From: a virus
Strand: one strand, 5' to 3'
DNA: 64,000 bases
IMG/VR virus record: IMGVR_UViG_3300043446_001144
Span: 13,010-77,009 of that record
Shown here: piece by piece, positions 56,818 through 64,000 of the stretch
Layout of the letters: each line of letters starts with the position of its first letter
Numbering within the stretch: the stretch's first letter is position 1
Program-made: the position numbers and the translations under genes
The notes under the pieces: model-generated
The model's database searches: none
The model's input: the letters and a program-made list of their open reading frames with translations, nothing else
What the model was told of the DNA's origin: nothing

Positions 56818-57096
56818 TTAGCAGTCCCATGCTCGTAGTGATTTATTAATCCGACTATTAGGGTCTCTAGCAGTCTTTGAAGAAGTATTTTTCTTCTTCA
56901 TGCCTTCCATCCTAGCGCAGAATGATTTACGGCGTGCTGCTGACTTCTTGGATTTTTTAGCCTGCTCACGTTTTACCGGTGGCTTTAGGTCAGAGCCTGG
57001 ATTTGCACGTTCGTATGACTTACGTCCCTTTTCATTGAGGCCGCCTTTAGCGTTCTTTCCTTCTTTACGTTGCCATGCTTCTGACTTTTTTGCCAT
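56818..57096 (-). CDS. Small basic protein (DUF6321-like, from recall)
   Basis: AWQRKEGKN..GGLN..GR.SY...RRKSFCARM...SRINKSLRAWDC. Confidence 0.8.
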   Translation of the reverse strand: MAKKSEAWQRKEGKNAKGGLNEKGRKSYERANPGSDLKPPVKREQAKKSKKSAARRKSFCARMEGMKKKNTSSKTARDPNSRINKSLRAWDC

Positions 57097-57431
57097 TACC
57101 AGTTCACTCCATGTGAGAATTGTTTGCTGCCCATGATAGGCGTTCCACCAGTCATCGGTCCTGGTGTAGACATAAGGTTAGACAATCTGCTACGACTCTG
57201 TTTGCCAAGTTGTGGATGGTCTTTTAAAGTCTCTAGTTTTTTGTAATAATCAATTGAGTTTAACCCAAAACGTTTATTTATAGCCGCATCACGTTCTACA
57301 AGAGAAGGGAATGAACGAGCGGAAAACCTAACCATCTTTTTGTCATTAGTAGACAAGGGAGCATACCTATCTTTGAATCCTGAATTGAAATGATTATAGG
57401 AGTCATCGTCTCCGTTTAATGCTACTGGCAT
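57096..57431 (-). CDS. Hypothetical protein
   Basis: TAATG coupling on both sides. Confidence 0.6.
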   Translation of the reverse strand: MPVALNGDDDSYNHFNSGFKDRYAPLSTNDKKMVRFSARSFPSLVERDAAINKRFGLNSIDYYKKLETLKDHPQLGKQSRSRLSNLMSTPGPMTGGTPIMGSKQFSHGVNW

Positions 57432-57805
57432 TAGTCGGGTGCTCTCATCGCTCTTCCAGTCTTTGGGTCACGAACTGGTAACGGACGATGTGTCTTTTTT
57501 GATTCTAATTCTTCTTTAATTTTTGATGTTTTTTTCACATGTGTGCTAGTAAACGACCCTGCTCCTATTGTTACAGGAGTTCCAGGCTCTGCTTGTTTAT
57601 TCACATCTTTCATGTAATTACTTGCTGCCGAATAATGTGCGTTTAATAAATTAACAGCATGTTCGTGAGTTTGTTGAGTGGCAGCCATGTGATGCATGAG
57701 TGCTTCTGATTGAACCTGCTCTGGTTTTTTACGTCCCATTCTTCCAATGATTTTACTCAACTCAAGGAAGGGGTTTGGACCACCTGAATATTGTTGAAGG
57801 CTCAT
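57431..57805 (-). CDS. Hypothetical protein
   Basis: GATTAT-N6-ATG start; RDPKTGR motif. Confidence 0.6.
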   Translation of the reverse strand: MSLQQYSGGPNPFLELSKIIGRMGRKKPEQVQSEALMHHMAATQQTHEHAVNLLNAHYSAASNYMKDVNKQAEPGTPVTIGAGSFTSTHVKKTSKIKEELESKKTHRPLPVRDPKTGRAMRAPD

Positions 57806-57819
57806 GAGTCAATAATCCC

Positions 57820-58197
57820 TTAGTCTTGAGTTTTTGGGGTATTCAACGAGTCCTCAATCTTGATAAGGCGTTCACCCATCTCAACAAAAGCCTCAAGCAT
57901 GACGTCGACTTTTTCTTCAATTTTTTCTTGTTTGTACAGCATCTTATTAACGACGTCCTTAGTTGACTTTCCACCATTCTGGCTAAGTTCGCCATCTAAC
58001 TTGTTGAGGCGCTCCATAACACCAGGAACTCGGTCTCTACCTGGAGCCTCTTCTTCGCCCATCCAATCACGTCTAAAGTGTTCAAACCACCCTAGAAATT
58101 CTTTTATGCGTTTATATCCTGGGCGAAAGATGACGCCCAAGGCTGTTAATACTGATGCAACAAGGATGACTACACCAGCAGTTGCCTCAAGCGCCAT
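57820..58197 (-). CDS. Single-TM coiled-coil membrane protein
   Basis: N-terminal TM, DW.G...PG...PGVMERL...NGG.S.KD. Confidence 0.75.
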   Translation of the reverse strand: MALEATAGVVILVASVLTALGVIFRPGYKRIKEFLGWFEHFRRDWMGEEEAPGRDRVPGVMERLNKLDGELSQNGGKSTKDVVNKMLYKQEKIEEKVDVMLEAFVEMGERLIKIEDSLNTPKTQD

Positions 58198-58209
58198 CTC
58201 TCTCCTTAG

Positions 58210-58407
58210 TTACTTCTTCTTAGCGCCAAACCCGTAGGCTGGGTCTTTTGGATTTAATGCCTTTGCCAATGGTCCAAGAAGACCTGCAATAAATGCATTA
58301 AGCAAAGTCTTTGGGTCTGTGACGCCGCTCATGTATAGAGCAGCAACTGCTGCGGCAGCGGCACGGAGGTATGTACCTGTTGCTGCTTCTAGTGCTTTCT
58401 TATCCAT
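58210..58407 (-). CDS. Probable holin
   Basis: Two hydrophobic segments, YLRA, LNPKDPAYG. Confidence 0.65.
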   Translation of the reverse strand: MDKKALEAATGTYLRAAAAAVAALYMSGVTDPKTLLNAFIAGLLGPLAKALNPKDPAYGFGAKKK

Positions 58408-58449
58408 ATATCTCCTAAACGAGATGCCCTTCTCAAGGAAAATAATCTC

Positions 58450-58617
58450 TTAATCTTCGCGGTTGCGCAAGGGATACGTGAGCACCCAAGCACAGAGAGT
58501 TCCGATTGTTGCCCAACCAACTACATCTTTTGCGCTTCCATCAAGCACAATCCAGGCAATAAACATGCCAAGTAGAGTCCAGAGTTGGTCTGCCATATCT
58601 TTAAGGAACTTCATCAT
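58450..58617 (-). CDS. 55-aa two-TM membrane protein ([30 protein letters not shown]...)
   Basis: Read manually; ATGA coupling to the upstream gene. Confidence 0.75.
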   Translation of the reverse strand: MMKFLKDMADQLWTLLGMFIAWIVLDGSAKDVVGWATIGTLCAWVLTYPLRNRED

Positions 58618-61067
58618 TTGCGTCTTCTCCTAACGGCTTTCATGTCTCCAGTTGGCGCACCGCCACCTGAACTGCCACCCCTATTGCTATTTGACCCTCC
58701 AGTCGTTGTAGACGCTGCAGCAACAGCAGCAGCGTTCATAGCAGCACCAGCAGCGACAACTGTTGCTACAACCATCTTTGTTGCTTCTTCACGTTCTTCA
58801 GGTGACATGTCAGCACCAATATTTCCCAGTGCAAGAAGAGCCTGACCTGGGTCACTAAATATGGCGCCAATTAATTCCGAAGGATTTTCCAATAATGTAA
58901 GCGCATCTGCAATTTCTGCAGTAATTATAACTGGATTACCGTTCTCATCGGTTCTGACATCAACAGGAGTTTCAGCAGGAAGGTCTGCATAAGTAATTCC
59001 AGCCTCTTTTAAAGTTTCACTAGATACAGCCTCGCCAGGTTTAAGGTCAGCCACAATAGCCGTTACTACAGCAGCCTTTTCTTCGGCTGTTAGTTTGCCA
59101 TCAGCAAGAGCATTCGAGATGACGGCTTCTGGTGTAGGCTCTGGCTTACTTGGTTCAACGATAGGAGTATTCTGTGTTTCTTCCGACTGATTATTTTGCT
59201 CTTGGTTGTCTGTTTCTGGCTCTTCTGATTCTTCAGGTTGGGGTTCAGGAGAAGACTCGTCAGTTTCGCCGTTTTCTTCAGGGGTTGTGGGCTGTTGCTC
59301 TTCTTCTGTCGGGGATGGTTCTTGCTCTGAGTCTGTAGGCTCTGATGAGTCTTCAGGTTGATTATCGGAAGATTCAGGAGTGTCTTGAGGATTCTCTGAA
59401 TCGTTTGGAGTGTCTTCAGGAGTGTCATCTTTTGGAGCGTCCGATGGAGGCTCTTCCGGATTTTGTATTTCCTCTTCAGAAGGTTCTGAAGGATTCTCTG
59501 GAGCAGGTTCAGTTGGCGTTGGTTCAACGGGAGTTACCGTCACAGGAGGCTCAGGAGTTGGTTCGGGCTGCGGCACAACGGGCACTGGTTGAGGTTGAGG
59601 CTCTGGTTGAGGTGTTGGAACCGGGACAGGTTCTGGAGAAGGAGTAGGTTGCGGTGAAGGTTCGGGTTGTGGTGCTGGCTGTGGTGTCGGCTCTGGCTGC
59701 GGCTGTGGTGTTGGTTGTGGTTGCGGTACGGGAGTTGGCTCAGGTGTTGGAGTCGGCTGAGGTTGAGGCTGAGGAGTAGGTTCAGGTGTCGGAGTTGGTG
59801 TTGGGGTTGGTTCTGGGGTTGGTGTTGGCGTTGGCTCTGGTGTTGGGGTTGGTATGGGCTGTGGTTCGGGAGTGGGAGTTGGAGTGGGTTGAGGCTCAGG
59901 AGCGGGCGCAGGCGTGGGAGCAGGAGCAGGAGTAGGTTCTGGTGTTGGTGTTGGTGTAGGAGTTGGTGTTGGCTCTGGTGCAGGTGGCACTGGTGTTGGT
60001 GCTAACTCAACTGGTGTTGTAGTTTGTGTAACACCTGCTTGTTCAACAGGAACTACAGAACCATTCTGTAATCTGGCTCCAGTTCTTTCTCCGCCATAAA
60101 GAGGACCATCAACTGTGTAAGTGTAATTAACTGTGCCATCAGTTTGAATTTGTCCAGTAATAACAATCTGTGTTGTGTCGCCTGTCATTGTTCCAAAACG
60201 ACGATAAGAACCATCTACTTGGAATCCACCATCACTAGTTCTAATGATGAAGTGTGTATCTGGCATTTGATTTGGTAATGCCCACCAGTCACGGGATTCT
60301 ATAGAAACAGAAGGAGTATTTGGATAAGTCCAGTAAGTTCCATCAGGCTGACCAAAGGTAATGACAGAGTTTGTTGTAGCATACACGTCCGTATATGTGA
60401 CGCCGTTGAATACGACTGTCGTTGTTAACGGAATTCTGTAAGAAACATCATCACCACCAGCAGTTACTGTTTCAGTTACAACAGGTGGCGGAGTAGGTTG
60501 GGAGGTAACAGCAGGTGGATTTTCTGGGGACGTGGCAGGGCTCGGTGTGGACACTGTATTGCTTGGGGACGGGGATTGTTCTGGGGTGGGTGTGGGCGTC
60601 GGAACCGTTGAAGCGGAAGGTGAGGGTTCTACGGTCGGTGTTGCAGACGGACTCGGCTCAGAAGATGGAGCGGGTTCTGAGGTTGGAGTCGTACTTGCGC
60701 TTGGAGAAGAAGAAGGTTCAGGAGTTGGAGTCGGAGTTGCAGTGGAAACAGGCGAGGATTCTGGCGTTGGAGTCGGACTTGGAGCGGGTTCAGTCGAAGT
60801 TGACGTCTGGGGGGATGGAGTTACCGCAGCATCGGGGGACGTACTGGAAATCGGAGTGGGAGAAGTCGCAGGAACGGGTTCTGAAGTTGGAGTTGGAGTT
60901 GGAGTCGCTTCGTTCGAAGACGTTGTGGAAGGACTAGGTGAAGGAGCAGGTTCGTCTGCTCGAACAGGAGTTACTAACAAGAGAGCGTAAATAAACGCTG
61001 CTCCTAATAAAAAGTATATTCGATTAAAGAAACCGTATTGTGCTGCGGATGAACGCAGTAGTTTCAA
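58614..61067 (-). CDS. Exported Pro/Thr/Glu-rich surface protein with a NIDO-like domain
   Basis: Signal peptide (VRA|DE), P/S/T tract, [12 protein letters not shown] domain, (PT/PE/PQ)n, acidic tract, hydrophobic C-terminus ending RRRK. Confidence 0.75.
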   Translation of the reverse strand: MKLLRSSAAQYGFFNRIYFLLGAAFIYALLLVTPVRADEPAPSPSPSTTSSNEATPTPTPTSEPVPATSPTPISSTSPDAAVTPSPQTSTSTEPAPSPTPTPESSPVSTATPTPTPEPSSSPSASTTPTSEPAPSSEPSPSATPTVEPSPSASTVPTPTPTPEQSPSPSNTVSTPSPATSPENPPAVTSQPTPPPVVTETVTAGGDDVSYRIPLTTTVVFNGVTYTDVYATTNSVITFGQPDGTYWTYPNTPSVSIESRDWWALPNQMPDTHFIIRTSDGGFQVDGSYRRFGTMTGDTTQIVITGQIQTDGTVNYTYTVDGPLYGGERTGARLQNGSVVPVEQAGVTQTTTPVELAPTPVPPAPEPTPTPTPTPTPEPTPAPAPTPAPAPEPQPTPTPTPEPQPIPTPTPEPTPTPTPEPTPTPTPTPEPTPQPQPQPTPTPEPTPVPQPQPTPQPQPEPTPQPAPQPEPSPQPTPSPEPVPVPTPQPEPQPQPVPVVPQPEPTPEPPVTVTPVEPTPTEPAPENPSEPSEEEIQNPEEPPSDAPKDDTPEDTPNDSENPQDTPESSDNQPEDSSEPTDSEQEPSPTEEEQQPTTPEENGETDESSPEPQPEESEEPETDNQEQNNQSEETQNTPIVEPSKPEPTPEAVISNALADGKLTAEEKAAVVTAIVADLKPGEAVSSETLKEAGITYADLPAETPVDVRTDENGNPVIITAEIADALTLLENPSELIGAIFSDPGQALLALGNIGADMSPEEREEATKMVVATVVAAGAAMNAAAVAAASTTTGGSNSNRGGSSGGGAPTGDMKAVRRRRK

Positions 61068-61104
61068 GAAACCCCTCGGAAACTTGTACCCCTCAGAAAT
61101 TAAA

Positions 61105-61335
61105 TTATACTGGTTTCCAATTTCTTCGCACTATTAACTTAGATGCGGGATTCTGAGAATTTACTGATTCACCTTGTACACCACGACCACGGTTACTCCA
61201 TGACACAACACTTGGTTCTGCTTTTGATTTGTAACCTAAGTTAGTGTTGTAACCAAAATGTTGTTTAATTCCACGACGTTGATTGACACGTAACGTTTGT
61301 CTTTGCATTTTAGGAGAACCAAATACTTCGTCCAT
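61105..61335 (-). CDS. Small basic hypothetical protein
   Basis: TAATG coupling. Confidence 0.6.
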   Translation of the reverse strand: MDEVFGSPKMQRQTLRVNQRRGIKQHFGYNTNLGYKSKAEPSVVSWSNRGRGVQGESVNSQNPASKLIVRRNWKPV

Positions 61336-61721
61336 TAACTAACTCCTGCTGGTCCATTAAAAGTAGTGCCACCAACTGAATCCGTAACTGCTGCTGTCTG
61401 GTCTGTTCTTCCATCAACAGGAACTTGTTCAGGATTCATTACGCCAGTTCCTGAACCCATACCTGCAACCATATTAGGATAAAGACCAAACCAAAATCCT
61501 GCGCCTGTATAACCTGATTCTCTTTTTCTCTTGAAACGACGACGCTTGCTTTCTTCTACAGTATCCATGTAATCATGGAACTGTGCTGAAAGAGTATTGA
61601 CACGTGGTCCTACACTGTAGCGTCCATAACTTCCTTTAATGCCGCCCATCATTCCCTGACCTAGGACGTATCTATCCTTGTTTTCCAAAGTTGAACATCC
61701 CTTCTGGGTCATAGACTTCAA
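61335..61721 (-). CDS. Hypothetical protein (true start probably downstream)
   Basis: ORF track; overlaps the upstream gene. Confidence 0.5.
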   Translation of the reverse strand: MKSMTQKGCSTLENKDRYVLGQGMMGGIKGSYGRYSVGPRVNTLSAQFHDYMDTVEESKRRRFKRKRESGYTGAGFWFGLYPNMVAGMGSGTGVMNPEQVPVDGRTDQTAAVTDSVGGTTFNGPAGVS

Positions 61722-61878
61722 CAGACTTTAATACTAGAGAATTGCCTGCCTGTCTTGCATGGTGTCCGCAAAAATATAACTGTCCTGTAATAAGGGTCGC
61801 ACGCACGCGTGCCTGAGCCCCACACTTGTCGCACCTATCAGAGACCTTTAATGGCTCTTTCGTGTCGACAGCGGTCAT
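61672..61878 (-). CDS. Small Zn-binding protein of a type common in actinobacteria (DUF7455-like, from recall)
   Basis: DRCDKCGAQA.V......G.L.FCGHH. Confidence 0.75.
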   Translation of the reverse strand: MTAVDTKEPLKVSDRCDKCGAQARVRATLITGQLYFCGHHARQAGNSLVLKSVEVYDPEGMFNFGKQG

Positions 61879-62456
61879 TAAAGGGGTCTCTTACATTCGC
61901 TACAGACTTTGGCTGCTGCAGAGTTATCTGTGTGTTTATCTGCGCTTGCTGCCGCTCCCTTAAACTTTGGACGACCAAACCCTACAATAGAAATCATTAC
62001 ATTCTTTTTGTTCTTTTTATAGGCACGAAGTTGTTTGCAAACTTCTCCACCATTTCTTTGACTGCCCTTTTTGTTGCTTGAAGTATTACCTTCAATACAC
62101 CAGACAGTTCCATCGCCGTTATCTTCAATAACAATACCTACGTGAGAGATACGGTCTACGCCATCTGATGGAAAATCAAAATAAGCAATATCTCCTGGCT
62201 CTGGGTCTGCGACGTCTCCATCAATCCATGAACCAGCCTTTTTAAAGGCTGCTGCTCCACCTGGTGTGTACACTGTGTTGGGAACTTTTACTCCAGCCTC
62301 ATTAGCGCACCACATAACGAATGAGCCGCACCATGGTTGAAAGTTAGACTTTGTAAAAGCGCCATACTTTGTCTCATTATCTTTTGGACCTTCAATAGTC
62401 CCAACTTCTGCTTTCGCAATTTCAATAAGACGTGCGGCTGTTCCTTGTTCTGCCAT
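61878..62456 (-). CDS. CHAP-domain endolysin
   Basis: QPWCGSFV.W, PGDI.YF, HVGIV, IEGNT, GFGRP. Confidence 0.92.
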   Translation of the reverse strand: MAEQGTAARLIEIAKAEVGTIEGPKDNETKYGAFTKSNFQPWCGSFVMWCANEAGVKVPNTVYTPGGAAAFKKAGSWIDGDVADPEPGDIAYFDFPSDGVDRISHVGIVIEDNGDGTVWCIEGNTSSNKKGSQRNGGEVCKQLRAYKKNKKNVMISIVGFGRPKFKGAAASADKHTDNSAAAKVCSECKRPL

Positions 62457-62899
62457 TAGTCTTTATCCCAATCTGTGTCAACTGGTTGCTCTGCTGGCAT
62501 TGCGCCATCAGGCTTCTTAGCAAGACGTGCTCTTACTTCATCAAGTTCTGCATCAAGTTTATCTTCTGCCATTCTAATTTCAGATTCTAATTTCTTGTCT
62601 GCTTGTGTGTTTTTAGCGTCAACTTCTTTATTTGCCATTTGTGCTGCCATCACATCTTTAGCACCAGATTGACCAATAAGAAGACCAGCAAGAGTTCCGG
62701 TAATAAATGTTGCTACGCTTCCAAGAACATTGAAGAACATCTTGTCGTTCTCGGACTGAGCGCCAATCGGCTGAGTAACAAACAACAAGCCATAGAGAAT
62801 ACCTACAGCAGTAAGAAAAAGAATGGAACCCAATGTGATTCCAAGAATAAACTTCAATCGAGCATCGAGGTCTTGTGGTGTTAACCGTTCTTTAGCCAT
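62456..62899 (-). CDS. Two-TM membrane protein with C-terminal coiled coil
   Basis: Two hydrophobic helices; between lipoprotein and lysin. Confidence 0.75.
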   Translation of the reverse strand: MAKERLTPQDLDARLKFILGITLGSILFLTAVGILYGLLFVTQPIGAQSENDKMFFNVLGSVATFITGTLAGLLIGQSGAKDVMAAQMANKEVDAKNTQADKKLESEIRMAEDKLDAELDEVRARLAKKPDGAMPAEQPVDTDWDKD

Positions 62900-63095
62900 T
62901 TGTTGTTCCTTTTGCTTTCTTAAGGTTTGAGTTCAAATCCTCTGGGCATGTTTTGTTAACGGTACATAGTGGTGGTTTGCACTCTGCTAATTCCCAGTTG
63001 GCTGGGTCTTGGCAAGGATACCGGTAACTACCATCATAGCCACAGCCAGTAAGAAGGGCTATGGAAGTTGCCAATGAGATGAGCAGTCTTTTCAC
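62892..63095 (-). CDS. Small Cys-rich lipoprotein
   Basis: MKR + hydrophobic core + LTGC lipobox; four further Cys. Confidence 0.75.
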   Translation of the reverse strand: MKRLLISLATSIALLTGCGYDGSYRYPCQDPANWELAECKPPLCTVNKTCPEDLNSNLKKAKGTTNG

Positions 63096-63106
63096 AGGCT
63101 CAATTA

Positions 63107-63370
63107 TCAGTCCTGTTGGATTCCTAGTCTTTCTAAGTATCGTTCTTTTTCACTCATAAGGAACTCCTCAATTCGTTTGTACTGCTCTTTAGCCCTTTCT
63201 CTTGTCTCTTCAATCTGTTCATCGGTTAACTCTCCAACAAATTCTCTGAAAGTAGTAAGAGCCAGGTCTAAGTCAGTTTTAGCAAGAGCGGCTTTTAGTT
63301 GTGCTTGTTGCCACATAAACTCTGCATGCTCTATCTTCCTTTGCCTTCTCTTGTCCTGTGTTTTAGACAT
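63107..63370 (-). CDS. Hypothetical helical protein
   Basis: Start moved to ATG 63370 (GAGGTG RBS). Confidence 0.6.
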   Translation of the reverse strand: MSKTQDKRRQRKIEHAEFMWQQAQLKAALAKTDLDLALTTFREFVGELTDEQIEETRERAKEQYKRIEEFLMSEKERYLERLGIQQD

Positions 63371-63869
63371 GTACCACCTCTGGTATCGAGTCGTTGAATT
63401 GGTCCAAGGGTATACGCCATGAACCTTCTGGTGCGTACTTCCATTCATCTCGCTGTACATCCTCCATAGGAAGCCAGCCATATACCTCAACCTGCGAGTA
63501 GTAGTCGCGGTCAAGTACGCGTGCTCCCACGAGAAGGCGACCAGGCTTTACATCTTTTGGAAATACTGGAATGTCATCTCGTGTACGAATACTCTTTACT
63601 TCAATTAATGAACCAACATCAGGGATGTGTTGTCTAAATGGATGTTCTTCATTTGGGTAGAACGGGAAGTTAAGTGGCATCTTATAAAGTTTTGCCACAG
63701 CATATTCAGCAACAATGCTTCGTACATTTGCTGAAATCTCTGGTTCTAGTTTTGCTTTGTTATCGCCAGCATAATTAGGGCGGTCAATACTTCCCCACTT
63801 CATCATCCAACGATTGAGTGCAATGTCTGCGCATGCACGAACTTCTTCTTTGCTTAGGTTAACAATCAT
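63363..63869 (-). CDS. PD-(D/E)xK-like hypothetical protein
   Basis: AEYAVAK...PDVG..IEVKS...VYGW. Confidence 0.6.
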   Translation of the reverse strand: MIVNLSKEEVRACADIALNRWMMKWGSIDRPNYAGDNKAKLEPEISANVRSIVAEYAVAKLYKMPLNFPFYPNEEHPFRQHIPDVGSLIEVKSIRTRDDIPVFPKDVKPGRLLVGARVLDRDYYSQVEVYGWLPMEDVQRDEWKYAPEGSWRIPLDQFNDSIPEVVHV

Positions 63870-63892
63870 GTCAAGAGCCTAGCAGATTTAAA

Positions 63893-63924
63893 TGGGCAGT
63901 TTTTGCGTGCTCATACCCAGGAGC
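63893..63924 (-). promoter_or_regulatory. Compact H-type pseudoknot candidate
   Basis: GCUC-C-UGGGUA-U-GAGC-ACGCAAAAAC-UGCCCA. Confidence 0.5.
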
Positions 63925-63949
63925 CTCGTATTAAATTGTGTGACGTAGG

Positions 63950-64000
63950 TTACTTGATATTTATAGTCCGTGGTTTCTTATGTTCAGGAATTTCTCTTTC
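63950..64000 (-). CDS. C-terminal end of a small heat-shock protein (Hsp20/IbpA-like), partial
   Basis: EREIPEHKKPRTINIK* with the terminal IxI motif. Confidence 0.75.
   Translation of the reverse strand, partial: EREIPEHKKPRTINIK

Noticed and set aside
59090-60990. Several + strand and alternative-frame ORFs (GV-rich, WCW-rich)
   Set aside because: Shadows of the low-complexity Pro-rich gene
63371-63514. Long 5' extensions in the ORF track (also 47826-47972, 30419-30499, 25208-25249, 5409-5465)
   Set aside because: They overlap upstream genes; better RBS-linked starts exist downstream
1-64000. Stop-codon reassignment, tRNA genes, prophage boundaries
   Set aside because: Genes are intact in code 11 with all three stops used; no cloverleaf, integrase or host housekeeping block recognised

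Overview
A 64-kb stretch of a dsDNA myovirus (contractile-tail phage). The host is most likely a low-GC actinobacterium, such as a freshwater lineage; this is an inference from gene content and leaderless promoters. Almost every gene is on the minus strand. In transcription order (right to left): end of a small heat-shock gene; lysis and membrane genes; PASTA and KTSC proteins; terminase, portal, scaffold and N4-gp56-type capsid; neck; a collagen-like fibre with three beta-propeller tips; an inverted (+ strand) glycosyl/methyltransferase cassette; a second collagen; an operon of tiny basic and Cys-rich peptides; sheath, tube, chaperone, tape measure and baseplate; a (PPVT)16 protein followed by three 2OG-Fe(II) oxygenases; then replication genes (wHTH initiator, DnaC-like loader, DnaB, primase, SNF2 helicase, SSB, PolA). 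The best candidates for undescribed biology are: (1) virion surface-modification modules (Pro-rich stalk plus prolyl hydroxylase-like enzymes; Thr/Gln collagens plus glycosylation enzymes); (2) a 28-blade nested propeller in a 2+7+2+7+1+7+2 pattern; (3) an acidic peptide heading an operon of basic peptides, two of which start with the HypB-type MCxTCGC motif; (4) intergenic hairpins displaying anti-Shine-Dalgarno loops; (5) a startless tail-chaperone ORF behind a UUU_CGC +1 frameshift motif. No tRNA, CRISPR array, integrase or reverse transcriptase was recognised. Family and DUF names are from recall and were not database-checked.
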